A DNA stretch of 64,000 bases from Macrostomum hystrix (GCA_950097015.1 CATNEN010000001.1:24490001-24554000); one strand, 5' to 3'; shown: positions 22,801 through 37,000, counted from the first letter of the stretch. The notes: generated by a model from the sequence alone, not told the origin. Translations and numbers: made by a program.

Positions 22801-25800
22801 GCGGCCGGAAGTGAGGGCGGCGTAGGAGCCGAACTCCTTGGCCAGGGCCTGCGGTGTGGGTTAGGGATTTGAGCACCTGGATCTCGGGTTAGGGATTTGA
22901 GCACCTGGATCTCGGGTTAGGGATTTGAGCACCTGGATCTCGGGTTAGGGATTTGAGCACCTGGATCTCGGGTTAGGGATTTGAGCACCTGGATCTCGGG
23001 TTAGGGATTTGAGCACCTGGATCTCGGGTTAGGGATTTGAGCACCTGGATCTCGGGTTAGGGATTTGAGCACCTGGATCTCGGGTTAGGGATTTGAGCAC
23101 CTGGATCTCGGGTTAGGGATTTGAGCACCTGGATCTCGGGTTAGGGATTTGAGCACCTGGATGTGAAGTAAGGGATTTGAGCACCTGGATTTCGGGTTCG
23201 GGATTTGAGTACCTAAATTTCGGGTTAGGGATTTGAGCACCTGGATTTCGGGTTAGGGATCTGAGCACCTGGATGTCGGGTTAGGGATTTGAGTACCTAA
23301 ATTTCGGGTTAGGGATTTGAGCACCTGGATTTCGGGTTAGGGATTTGAGCACCTGGATCTTGGGTTAGTGATTTGAGCACCTGGATGTCAAGTAAGGGAT
23401 TTGAGCACCTGGATTTCAGGTTAGGGATTTGAGTACCTAAATTTCGGGTAAGGGATTTGAGCACCTGGATTTCGGGTTAGGGATCTGAGCACCTGGATGT
23501 CGGGTTAGGGATTTGAGTACCTAAATTTCGGGTTAGGGATTTGAGCACCTGGATTTCGGGTTAGGGATTTGAGCACTTGGATCTCGGGGTTAGGGATTTG
23601 AGCACCTGGATGTCGGGTTAGGGATTTGAGCACTTGGATCTCGGGATTAGGGATTTGAGTACCTGGATTTCGGCTTTGGGATTTGAGTTCCTGGATCTAA
23701 GATTAGGGATTTGAGTACCTGGATTTCAACTTTGGGATTGGAGTACCTGGATCTCGGGTTAGGGATTTGAGTATATAGATCCCAAGGTTAGGGATTTGAG
23801 TACCGGGGATCAAAATTAGGGAAATGAACGCCATGCTTTTAGATAGAGCATTGTAGTAAGAAATTTGAGTAATGGGATTAGGAGTCAAGAATGCAAGTTA
23901 GGCAAAATTAAATAGACAGAATAATGAATATTTGCTGACCTTTTCAACGATGGCAACCCAGAGCTGCGCCCCGCGGCAGTGCGAGTACAGCAGGGTGCGA
24001 GTGTCCGCCCGGCACGGAAAGAAGCCGTCGATGTAAACAGTCTTCCAAAGGCCGGCGATGCACAGCTGCACCGCGTAGACTCCCTCCGGGTTTACCTGCG
24101 GGTCAGGGACCAAGGATTCCAGGTGAGTTGCTTTATTGACTTCCACTGCTAAAACAACTCTGCGAGATTAACTTTAACTCCGAGAATTAATACTACTCAG
24201 CTCTACCAACTAACTAACACTTGACAAAATACTTAACTTACAACTCAACTACTCAGCCTACTTCTCCCTACTCAACCTACTTTTCCCTACTCAACCTACT
24301 TTTCCCGACTCAACCTACTTTTCCCGACTCAACCTACTTTTCCCTACTCAACCTACTTTTCCCTACATACCACATACTTTTCCCTACATTCCCTGCATCC
24401 CTCCCTACCTACTTTTCCCTACATTTCCCAACATACTTCCCCCTACTCAACCTACTTTTCCCTACTCAACCTACTTTTCCCTACTCGACCTACTTTTCCC
24501 GACTCAACCTACTTTTCACTACTCAACCTACTTTTCCCTACTCAACCTACTTTTCCCTACTCAACCTACTTTTCCCTACAAAGCCTACTTCTCTCACTAC
24601 TCAGTCTACTTCTCCACCCTACTCAACCTAGTTTTCCCCTATTAAACCCACCTCTCTAGTGAGCAGTATCCTCCTTAGCATGGCGGGCCTCTCGGCCACC
24701 ACAGCCATAGCCGACAGCAGCCAGCAGTCGCCCAGCAGGCCCTGCCGAATGTCCGCGGCGGACGCAGTGGCCCGTTGGTCGATGACAATCCAGCCGGGCT
24801 GCACCTGGCCATTCTCCAACGCACCGTCAGTTTTGGCCGAATCGCCAGAAAATAAACCCAAAAATTCGTCCAGCACACCAAACCGTCTGGCTGATGGGCC
24901 GGGCCCTCTCCTAGCCGGATGACTCTGGGGCAGGTCTCCGTGCTGAATCTCGTCAACCCGGCACCAGCGCACGCCGCAGTCCAATTGACTGCTGCTTAAG
25001 ATAGAAAAAAATATTCTAATCAACTTTTCGTGTTTGAATGTAATGATCAACCTTGAGTCTAATACTCTAATCAATCAGACTAGACTCAAGTCTAATCTAA
25101 TCTACTCCACTCGAATCTAATCTACTCCACTCGATTCTAATCTACTCCACTCGAATCTAATCTACTCCACTTGAATCTAATCTACTCCACTCGAGTCTAA
25201 TCTACTCCACTCGAATCTATTTTACTCCATTCGAATCTAATCTACTCCACTCGATTCTAATCTACTCCATTCGAGTCTAATCTACTCCACTCGATTCTAA
25301 TCTACTCCACTCGATTCTAATCTACTCCACTCGATTATTATCTACTCCACTCGATTCTAATCTACTCCACTCGATTATTATCTACTCCACTCGATTCTAA
25401 TCTACTCCACTCGATTCTAATCTACTCCACTCGAGTCTAATCTACTCCACTCGATTCTTATCTACTCCACTCGATTCTAATCTACTCCATTCGAATCTAA
25501 TCTACTCCACTCGATTCTAATCTACTCCACTCGATTATTATCTACTCCACTCGATTATTATCTACTCCACTCGATTCTAATCTACTCCACTCGATTCTAA
25601 TCTACTCCACTCGAGTCTAATCTACTCCACTCGATTCTAATCTACTCCACTCGAGTCTAATCTACTCCACTCGATTCTTATCTACTCCACTCGATTCTAA
25701 TCTACTCCATTCGAATCTATTCTACTCCACTCGAGTCTAATCTACTCCATTCGAATCTAATCTACTCCACTCGATTCTAATCTACTCCATTCGAGTCTAA

Positions 25801-26453
25801 TCTACTCCACTCGATTCTTATCTACTCCACTCGATTCTAATCTACTCCATTCGAATCTATTCTACTCCACTCGAGTCTAATCTACTCCATTCGAATCTAA
25901 TCTACTCCACTCGATTCTAATCTACTCCATTCGAGTCTAATCTACTCCACTCGATTCTTATCTACTCCACTCGATTCTAATCTACTCCATTCGAATCTAA
26001 TCTACTCCACTCGAGTCTAATCTACTCCATTCGAATCTAATCTACTCCACTCGATTCTAATCTACTCCACTCGATTCTAATCTAACTCCAATGATTTCAG
26101 CCATGAATTAGGAGTCCCAAACGATTCTACCTGACGTCGGCCTCCTCGCCGCTCGCCCTCGCCCGGTGTCGTCCGCCAAGGCCGTAGAGCGCCCGATCTC
26201 CCGGCGAGAACTCGTCATCAACAAACACCTCGCCGGCGCTCTGGCAGAGTGCCCGCAGCTCTTCAACTCGCTCCTGGGCTCGCAGCTCCGCTTCGCGTTG
26301 AACGTCACACGAGGCCAGACTGGCCTGACGACCTGCTGACTGCTGCGGCCGGCCGCAGGCTGAGCACACAGCACAGTCGGTTGAGTTTGTCAGGGTGCAG
26401 GCCGGGCAGGACCAACCACCCGCCCCAGTTCCAGCTGCGTTCTGCTTGCCCGA
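19885..26453 (-). CDS. CAPN15: Calpain-15 / small optic lobes (SOL) homologue
   Basis: Exons 26453-26131, 24988-24652, 24095-23940, 22848-22567, 22389-22033, 21184-20792, 20175-19885. RanBP2 zinc finger WSCPACTLTN..CAVCSAC; catalytic triad QGLLGDCWLLSA, RHAYSVL, LRNPWG; SOL-like C-terminus STRG..DIVPPRHRQV. Confidence 0.92.
20205..20762. repeat. 27-bp intronic minisatellite (ccagaactagataaggaattctggata)
   Basis: Tandem array in intron 20176-20791. Confidence 0.95.
21303..21990. repeat. 30-bp intronic minisatellite (gatcccagacctagatctaagggagatata)
   Basis: Tandem array in intron 21185-22032. Confidence 0.95.
22858..23810. repeat. 28-bp intronic minisatellite (gggttagggatttgagcacctggatctc)
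   Basis: Tandem array, homogeneous next to the acceptor and degenerate distally. Confidence 0.95.
24245..24640. repeat. 20-bp intronic minisatellite (ctactcaacctacttttccc)
   Basis: Tandem array. Confidence 0.9.
25088..26090. repeat. 20-bp intronic minisatellite (tctactccactcgattctaa)
   Basis: Tandem array. Confidence 0.95.
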
Positions 26454-26704
26454 CTGGAATAGGAATCAGCAACAGCCAGTGAAAGTCACCATTGATGGTA
26501 GCTTCTGCATACTAACAAATCGGAACCTACTTGAGATAATCTCCGAATTTTACTTTTTTAAGGCAATAAAATGGCCTTCTTATCCATTTCTCCAATATCC
26601 TAATTAACTTTATTCGACCCTAATCCACTAGATTTGATCCTAATCTACTCTATTCGACCCTAATCCACTAGATTCAATCCTGATCTACCCCATCCAATCC
26701 AAAT

Positions 26705-26983
26705 CATACATGTGCAACCTCCTAAATCTTAGCCGGCCATGCAACTTAGTTTTTGCTCTATTTATGACTTAGTTCGTTTCATTGATCTATTTACAACTTA
26801 GTTTGCTCTCATTTGCTCTCTTTTTCTCTCCCTTTTTTCCTCTTCTTCACGCCTTCCTTTTTGGTCCCTTGGCCCCCCTTTGATTTTTTTGTGCTTGGTT
26901 GATTGGTTTTTGCGACTTACTTTGCTTGGCCCTCATTTCACCTGGCTGGTTTGGCTGGGTTGGCCAAGTGTTGCGCATGTATG
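26705..26983. mobile_element. hAT-type MITE, copy 1
   Basis: 14-bp TIR catacatgYgcaac/gttgcgcatgtatg; 8-bp TSD atccaaat. Confidence 0.9.
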
Positions 26984-27196
26984 ATCCAAATCCTATTAAT
27001 TGATCCCAATGCAGCCAATTTAATTATTAGGTTTTTTAATTCTGACATAATCTAATAAATTATTATAATTAATTTATGGTCTCTTTTTATTACATTTATA
27101 TTTTTTGTAATACAATTATTGCCATGTCTATATATGGTATAATAATCATTTAAATAAAAAAAAATGATATATTATCAGAATTATTAATGATTTATT

Positions 27197-27477
27197 CATA
27201 CATGCGCAACACCCGGCCGACCCGGCCGAACCGGCCGGGTGAAACGAGGGCCAAGCAAGGTAAGTCGCAAAAACCAATCGACCAAGCGCCAAAAAATCAA
27301 AGGGGGGACCAAGGGACAAAAAAGGAAGGCGTGAAGAAAAGGAAAAAGGGGAGAGAAAAAGAGAGCAAATGAGAGCAAACTAAGTCATAAATAGAGCAAT
27401 GAAATGAACTAAGTCGCAAATGAGAGCAAAAACTAAGTCGCAAGGCCGGCTAAGATTTGGGAGGTTGCGCATGTATG
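27197..27477. mobile_element. hAT-type MITE, copy 2 (inverted relative to copy 1)
   Basis: Perfect TIR catacatgcgcaac; 8-bp TSD gatttatt. Confidence 0.92.
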
Positions 27478-30400
27478 GATTTATTGATTTAATGATTCTG
27501 ATTTCAAAATTTAAATATTTAGCATATGTTTAAGTAAAAAAACTAAATAATACAAGTGCTTAGTTTTGGGCAAAGAAACTGTACAAGTTAAAACAATATT
27601 TTTATTGAATTAGGATGAACAAACATATTATAAGATAGTGTGATACATTTTATAGGAAAATATGTAATTGGCTTTGCCATAAATCTATTATAAGCCTTTC
27701 ACTCAATTTTAAAGAAAAGCTAGCAAAGATTATGAATCCATTTTACATTGAGTATTTATAGGGCGTAGCAACTATGCACATGATACCAGAAATCCAGAGC
27801 ATGGCAGGTGCAGCCTGTGTCTCTGTTTCTCTCTACATTATATATATATTTGTTTGAGATTAATGTCTTTTTTGCTCTTAAATATGAATTTTAATTAATA
27901 ACCTATTTCTGCTACTGGATTTTATTTATGCCTAATAAGTTAGCAATAGATCCAAATTCCCTCAATTAAACAATGATAGTAGACTTTTTAAATTACTTTC
28001 TCTTTGTTACCACAGTTAAGCTTAGAATTAGCATGGAACTATGGCCAATGCAGATAATTTCATATTTATAGCCATTGACACAGGACTGTGGCAAGGGGAT
28101 AAGCATTGTCATTTCATTTTAGGCCTGGGCATTATGCATAGATGCACATTGCACATGCCCATAAAAAGGAATTAATTTTCACAAAAAATATTTCTGCTCT
28201 AGGATGTTATAAAGAATTGTTAAAATGGTCTCAGTTATCATAACCTAAAAGCTATGAATCTAAAAGCATAATAGGCCTAACCTATACCATACTTTACAAA
28301 GTCTTAAGTCAATAAGTTTTCAAGAAGAGCAACTTTCAAAATTCCAATACAAATTAAAATATGACTATTCAGAGTATATAAGCTAATATTTTGGTAAGCA
28401 TTATATTGAAAGTAAACTGAAAACTTTCTACACTGAACAAAACTGAAGAAACCTAAAGTAAAGTAGGCCCCTGCCCCCTAGCAAGGCATAGCGATATATA
28501 TATATAAGGTAGGCCCTATATATATGCTTATATATTTATAAGCATATGTACCCCTGTGCTTCAGCTAAATTGATCTGACTAGAATACAGTTTAAATAGTT
28601 TGACACAAGTATACAAACCACTTTGTGATATTGATGACCACTACGACTACTGTAGTGTACGATATGTCACCAGTCTCGGATCTTATCAAACTAGTGCGTA
28701 CCAATGACATGAGTAGCACGGTAGGGGAGTGGCGTTAGACGTTAGTGCGTACTTTGAGTGCATGTCGTCTCATCCCACGCACTGTGAGCGTTGAATTAAA
28801 AAACTTTCCCATGTTTTGGAATGAAAATTTTTTATGTAATAGTCCAAACCGTAATCAAAACTTTCATTGCTGATATATAGAACTCTAGTTAAAATTGTTT
28901 TATTATTTTTCTGAATTAAATTTTGCGATTTTTGAAAAAGAGCGCTTATTTAAACCCGATGTAAACATCGTGTAGAAGTACAATGATATTGCATTAATGT
29001 TATTACTTAAAATTAAGATGTGACTGCTAAAGCCTGTCAAAAGTAAGGGTCAGGTACGAGTGATACTATCAGCAATTTTGCTAAATTTGAATTGAATCGA
29101 ATAGTATATGGGCGACGTCTAATGCCGTAATGGTCTAAAAAGTATAAGAAGCTCGCTTTCCAGAGTGCTTGATCCTATAGAAATATAAACCAATAGATAG
29201 ATCAAGATAGAATATAGAAACGAGCTTGCTTCGGTTAGTGAAGCGATCAGAAACATTCATAAAAAGGATAAACTGAACAAATGGGCTGTAATTTATTTGC
29301 GTACTATTGCATGCATAATGCTGCATATTTTATTTACTCAAAAAGAGCTAATAGTATCATCAGAGGAACTGTCCGATAATATGATCATGTCCAGATTCGG
29401 GTTTTCCTTGTGCAAAGCGATAATGGCTGATTGTTATGTGTACAAATTTAATTTTTCAATGCTTTACTTGGGGAGTTAATGCTATTGCCGAGCTAGCCCA
29501 GTTAGCCCCTCCGACTTCCGATTCTGGCGCAAACTGTCCTTATTTTTGTGTTTTACGACCCTAATATCAACTGGAATTTCGCTTCGCATCCTGAATTCTT
29601 GCATAATCTTCGAGCAAAAGCTGTAGCTGCACGATGGCACACGCTGGACCATTGTGCAGGTTTTGTCAAGCCTGATTAATATCTATAGGTTAATATGTGC
29701 CGGCAAGCCACTTGGAGATCTAGAAATTTTTTGCTTATCACAGTATAACAGCGCCATCAAGACTGGCTCAAGGGTGAAAGGCTGCCTCCTGCCCCTGGTG
29801 AATAGCCAATGCAAAATAAAATACCAGCAGAATTCATGAATATACTTTCGTTTCCTTCCATACTGCACGATTTTCTGCTCCGAAGCTGCAAAATGAGTTC
29901 TTCATGAGTCACGGATTTCCCATCGCAAAAACATAGGCAAAACGTCTATCTTCGGTATTAATATTCAAAGAAATTAAGCACAGAACGGTTTTAAGCAATT
30001 CAGAAATTTTGTACTCCGTATATTCTGTGAGTAATTATTTATATAAGAAGGTACGCGATACTACTTTCGTATAAAATACTAAGTAGAGAGGTTAACTGAG
30101 TTTTTTGTGTATTGGAAAGAAAGCATTATACAAGTATTTACATGACGCTTAAAATAGCGTGTCGTATTTGCATTGCACGTCTGAAATTCTTTCTTTCTTT
30201 AGAACTTAAGAACGAAATAAACTCAAGCCAAACAATACATCATATTTGCCAAGTAATTAAAAATCACAACAATACAGCAACAATAAAGCTTTTGTGAAGA
30301 AGCATGCAGAACTGTATCCACATAATTTATATAAAGTTTATGACAAAGATCGAATATATACACGAAATCGCATCGTGTGCCTAAAAATAACTTTTAGATC

Positions 30401-31027
30401 TTCATGGGGAATTCCAGCCAGTCAGAACAGAAAAAGTGAAATTGTGTGACAGCAAAAGAAATCACAAGGCACTACCAGAAGCAAGGCCTGCTCGTCAGTT
30501 CAGTTCCGAAGTCCGATCACGCCACCACGCGTGCCTGGGGTTCAAACTTCGCACCCTACGCTTCTCTCCCTCCTCTCCCCCTCTTCGGAAGTCCAGTGTA
30601 CATTGATTCGGAGTGGAGGGGGTGGGGCTCGCTGTTGGGCGGAGGGGGTTGGTTGTCAGCATGTGGCCTTGTTATATTTTACGCAGAGTTTATACCAAGC
30701 CTAAATGAAGTCAATATAATAATTTATGTGCCCACCCACCTTCTCTCCTCAGAGCCCTGTGCCGCCCTGCCCACCCCAACCTCCATAAGCTAAAAAACGC
30801 AGCCCATATATAATTTGAAACACTGAAGTATTCAATGCACTGCCCCGACTGGCGCCCATACCTTTCATTCTTATTTAGCTAGTTTTAATCTAGCCCTAGA
30901 AAATAATTCAGATTACTCATCTTCAGTAAATTGGCAGCTAATTGTTACATTTCACCTCAGGCTCATTGTATAGCTAATTCGCAGCATTTAATACACAAAG
31001 TACAAAATAGAATCTTCTCAATTCGTC

Positions 31028-34000
31028 ATGGAGGTGATGTACCGCAACTTCAAGGACTGGCACGATCGGACAATGTCCTACGGTGATCCCAGGGTGGACG
31101 GCTGGTTCATGATGGATTCCCCGGTGCCATCAACCCTGCTGTCGATTCTCTATGTCCTGCTGGTGCTGCTCGGCATGCGATGGATGAAGAATCGAACTCC
31201 GTTTGACCTGCGACCGCTCATGGTTGTGTACAACTTGTCTATGGTTGTGTTCTCCGTGTGGCTGGTGTACGAGTTTTGCGTGTCGGGCTGGTTGACCGGC
31301 TACAGTCTCAGCTGTCAGCCCGTTGACTTCAGCAGATCTCCCAAGGCCATCCGCATGGCCAAGACCTGCTGGTGGTTCTACTTCAGCAAGTTCATCGAGA
31401 TGTTGGACACGTTCTTCTTTGTTCTGCGTGGTCGGTTTGAACTCGTGACCTTCCTGCATGTATTTCACCACGCCGTGCTGCCGCCGGCCTGGTGGTGGGG
31501 CGTCAAGTTCGTGCCAGGTGAGCCTTCGCAGGCTTCGCTGCACTTTTATTTGCTTGTAGTCATTATCCTAGCTGCCACTTCCCTTATCCAATCTGCCTCT
31601 TCCCCTATCCAATCTGCCACTTCCCCTATCTAAAATGCCACTTCTCCTATCTAATCTGCCACTTCCCCTATCCAATCTGCCTCTTCCCCTATCTAATCTG
31701 CCACTTCCCCTATCCAATCTTCCACTTCCCCTATCCAATCTGCCTCTTCCCCTATCCAATCTTCCACTTCCCCTATCCAATCTTCCACTTCCCCTATCCA
31801 ATCTTCCACTTCCCCTATCCAATCTTCCACTTCCCCTATCCAATCTGCCTCTTCCCCTATCCAATCTTCCACTTCCCCTATCCAATCTGCCTCTTCCCCT
31901 ATCCAATCTGCCTCTTCCCCTATCCAATCTGCCTCTTCCCCTATCTAATCTGCCTCTTCCCCTATCTAATCTTCCACTTCCCCTATCATATCTCCCCCAT
32001 CTCTCCCGTCTTATCTCTTCCCAGTCTCATATCTCCCCCATCTCTCCCGTCTTATCTCTTCCCTGTCTCATATCTCCCCCATCTCTCCTGTCTTATCTCT
32101 TCCTTGTCTCATATCTCCCCCATCTCTCCCGTCTTATCTCTTCCCAGTCTCATATCTCCCCCATCTCTCCCGTCTTATCTCTTCCCTGTCTCATATCTCC
32201 CCCATCTCTCCTGTCTTATCTCTTCCTTGTCTCATATCTCCCCCATCTCTCCCGTCTTATCTCTTCCCTGTCTCATATCTCCCCCATCTCTCCCGTCTTA
32301 TATCTTCCCTGTCTCATATCTCCCCCATCTCTCCTGTCTTATCTCTTCCCTGTCTCATATCTCCCCCATCTCTCCCGTCTTATCTCTTCCCTGTCTCATA
32401 TCTCCCCCATCTCTCCCGTCTTATCTCTTCCCTGTCTCATATCTCCCCCATCTCTCCCGTCTTATATCTTCCCTGTCTCATATCTCCCCCATCTCTCCCG
32501 TCATATCTCTTCCCTGTCTCATATCTCCCCCATCTCTCCTGTCTCATATCTCCCCCATCCCTCCCGTCTTATCTCTTCCCTGTCTCATATCTCCCCCATC
32601 TCTCCCGTCTTATGCCTTCCCTGTCTCATATCTCCCCCATCTCTCCCGTCTTATCTCTTCCCTGTCTCATATCTCCCCCATCTCTCCCGTCTTATGTCTT
32701 CCCTGTCTCATATCTCCCCCATCTCTCCCGTCTTATATCTTCCATGTCTCATATCTCCCCCATCTCTCCCGTCTTATATCTTCCCTGTCTCATCCCTCCC
32801 CTGTCCCATCTCACAGGTATAGATCAGGGTACACGGTTGGAGCGAGGTGAAACTCTCGGCGGGGAAAGATCGTGCTCCCTTAAATCAACTCGACTCCATT
32901 TCCCCTCCTAATTCAAGTCAGTAGTCCCCTTGTTTATCGAGGTACAGAAACTTCCAGTACAGGCCCTACCCCACAAAGCCGTACAGTGTGCACTAGTTCG
33001 GCCTGCTATCCAACCAGGTCGACTTCCACTTTAAATTCCTAATTTTCTCTGCGTCAGCGGCAGTGCAGGTGGGCCCATTTCTGAATAAGCGGGGCTCAAG
33101 GTCACTGGACAGACAGGCAGGTAAACTGGTCCTCATCTTTACCTAGAACACGCGAGTAATTAATTCTCTGACCGAGTTATAGTCACAAGTCAATCTGGAC
33201 TGGAATGCTTATCTTAACCGACTCGGCTTTTGTCTATACGTTGTGGCGTGACAGGCTTAGATAAACCTTCAGTTTATTATTACTCATTTTGCTAGTAACT
33301 ATACTGGACCAGCAAATAGGTCAATGCCAGTGGGTCCAAGACACGCTCAATCTACTCGTGTATTATTGAAGTGTCTCTTGTGCTACAGAATCTTGTATTG
33401 CCCAGGTATGAAAAGTGGGGCTATCTTTTCAGAGTATAGAAGGATTTATGTTTTATTTGATCAAGGCTTGTCGCTTATTTGCTTTGTGTTTTCGAAGGAA
33501 AGCAAACACCTATAGTTATTGGCTAAGAGAAGCTAAGTTGAGAACAGGGTGTACGCAATTACACTTATCAGAGAACTAGTCGAATATTGAGTATGGAAGA
33601 CAGAATGAAATTAGAGTTGAGCAACGGAAAAAAGCATCGAAATTTGAGGGGAAGGGGAGAGGATTGAGGGAGTGGGGAAAATAATTAAGGGGAGTGAGGG
33701 GAGTGGGAAGCGGATAGGAGTGAGGGCAGATCTCTGCACTCTCTCATCTCTCCCTGCTCTATTTTTCCTCTGCCCTATCTCTCCCCTGCCCCATATCTTT
33801 CTCCCCTTTCTCATCTCTCCCCTGTCTCATCTCTCTCTTGTCTCATCTCTCCCGTCTCATCTCTCCCCTGTCTCATCTCTCTCCTGCTCATCTCTCCCGT
33901 CTCATCTCTCTCCGGTCTCATCTCTCTCCTGTCTCATTTCTCCCCGTCTCATCTCTAATCTACTACATCTCTCCCCGTCTCATCTCTCTCCTGTCTCATT

Positions 34001-37000
34001 TCTCCCCGTCTCATCTCTAATCTACTACATCTCTCCCTGTCTCATCTCTCTCCTGTCTCATTTCTCCCCGTCTCATCTCTACCCTGTCTCATCTCTACCT
34101 TACCCCATCTCTCCCCTGTCCCGTCTCTCCCCTGTCCCATCTCTCTCCTATCTTATCTCTCCCCTGTCCCATCTCTCTCCTATCTTATCTCTCCCCTGTC
34201 GCATCTCCCCCCTGTCTCATCCCTCCCCTGTCCCATCTCTCTCCTATCTTATCTCTCCCCTGTCTCATCTCTCTTCTATCTTATCTCTCCCCTGTCGCAT
34301 CTCCCCCCTGTCTTATCCCTCCCCTGTCCCATCTCTCTCCTATCTTATCTCTCCCCTGTCTCATCTCTCTCCTATCTTATCTCTCCCCTGTCGTATCTCT
34401 CTCCTATCTTCTCTCCCCTGTCCCATCTCTCTCCTATCTTATCTCTCCCCTGTCGCATCTCCCCCTGTCTCATCCCTCCCCTGTCCCATCTCTCTCCTAT
34501 CTTATCTCTCCCCTGTCTCATCTCTCCCCTGTCTCATCCCTCCCCTGTCCCATCTCTCTCCTATCTTATCTCTCCCCTGTCTCATCTCTCCTCTGTCTCA
34601 TCCCTCCCCTGTCCAATCTCTCCCCTGTCTCATCTCTCCTCTGTCTCATCCCTCCCCTGTCCAATCTCGCTCCTGTCTCATCCCTCCCCTGTCCCATCTC
34701 TCTCCTATCTTATCTCTCCCCTGTCTCATCTCTCCCCTGTCTCATCCCTCCCCTGTCCCATCTCTCTCCTATCTTATCTCTCCCCTGTCTCATCCCTCCC
34801 CTGTCCAATCTCGCTCCTGTCTCATCTCTCCTCTGTCTCATACCTCCCCTGTCCAATCTCGCTCCTGTCTTGTCTCTCATTGTTTTGTAGATAAATGGCC
34901 AACTATAACAATTGTCTTGTGGATTCTCTCAGATACAAGAGTAGCTTACCGACCACAGAAATATTTAACTTGAATTTCGAGCTGGTTACAAATTCATGGA
35001 GCTAGCGAGGTAGATGAGTCATTACCAGTATTACGAAAACAAGACTATTGAGCTTAGAACACTAAGGACTGACAATTGACAGTCAAAAGAAATTTTTATA
35101 TTATGCGTCAGCTACTGCTAAATTTAAATGCTCAATCCTTTATGTGAGTTGAGATGCTTAAAGAACGCAGCTTTTTATAAAATTATTGCATTACATTTAT
35201 TACATTTTTTACATTAAAGCTTCAATTAAGTTTCTTATGGGCCGTATTGGATTTATTCATTCAGAACTATTATTAATGCTTTGTCCTCCAATTCCACAGT
35301 CCATTGCCCTCCAATTCCACAATCCATTGATTCCATTACCCTCCAATTCCACAATCCATTACCCTCCAATTCCACAATCCATTACCCTCCAATTCCACAA
35401 TCCATTACCCTCCAATTCCACAATCCATTACCCTCCAATTCCACAATCCATTACCCTCCAATTCCACAATCCATTACCCTCCAATTCCACAATCCATTAC
35501 CCTCCAATTCCACAATCCATTACCCTCCAATTCCACAATCCATTACCCTCCAATTCCACAATCCATTACCCTCCAATTCCACAATCCATTACCCTCCAAT
35601 TCCACAATCCATTACCCTCCAATTCCACAATCCATTACCCTCCAATTCCACAATCCATTACCCTCCAATTCCACAATCCATTACCCTCCAATTCCACAAT
35701 CCATTACCCTCCAATTCCACAATCCATTACCCTCCAATTCCACAATCCATTACCCTCCAATTCCACAATCCATTGCCCTCCAATTCCACAGTCCATTGCC
35801 CTCCAATTCCACAATCCATTACCCTCCAATTCCACAATCCATTGCCCTCCAATTCCATCATCCATTATCCTCAAATTTCACAATCCAATTTCCTCCAATA
35901 CCCCAATCCATTACCCTCCAATTCCCTAATCCATTACCCTCCAATTCCACAATCCATTACCCTCCAATTCCATCATCCATTATCCTCAAATTTCACAATC
36001 CAATTTCCTCCAATACCCCAATCCATTACCCTCCAATTCCACAATCCATTGCCCTTAGATTCCACAATCTATTGCCCTCCAATTCCACAATCCATTGCCC
36101 TTAGATTCCACAATCTATTGCCCTCCAATTCCACAATCCATTACCCTCCAATTCCACAATCCATTACCCTCCAATTCCACAATCCATTACCCTCCAATTC
36201 CACAATCCACCCACCTGAACTCAGGTGGTTTCGGCAGCTTTGCGGCCATGCTGAACTCGGTGGTGCACGCGGTGATGTACCTGTACTACGGCCTGGCAGC
36301 CATGGGACCCCGGTTGCAGCCCTACCTGTGGTGGAAGCGCTACCTGACCAAATTCCAGATGGTGCAGTTCATCACAATGGTTGTACACGGCGTGCAGCTG
36401 TACTTTATCGAGTGCGATTATCCCAAGCAGTTTGCTAATGCCATCATGTGCTTTGCGTGCATCTTCTTCGTGCTGTTTGCAAATTTCTACATTCAGGTGA
36501 GCAAGGAGATTTAGCAGGCTATTATACTGTCATTCACATTGTTCATTATAAAGATTTATGAAGTTACTACTTTATAAGTATCTTGTTAGGGATCATATTT
36601 TGTGATTATATCACTATTCTTAATCTTCTCCTGATTTCTTCTCACACGTTTCTTCTGTTCACTCTCAAGTTTAACCAGTAAACTCAAAGTTTCACCTGTT
36701 CACTCACAAGTTTCACCTGTTCACTCACAAGTTTCACCTGTTCACTCACAAGTTTCACCTGTTCACTCACAAGTTTCACCTGTTCACCCACAAGTTTCAC
36801 CTGTAAACTCAAAGCTTCACCTGTTCACTCACAAGTTTCACCTGTTCACTCACAAGTTTCACCTGTTCACTCTCACTCACTCACTCACTCCTCACTCACT
36901 CACTCACTCACTCACACACTCACTCACTCACTCACTCACTCACTCACTCACTCCTCACTCACTCACTCACTCACTCACTCACTCACTCACTCACTCACTC

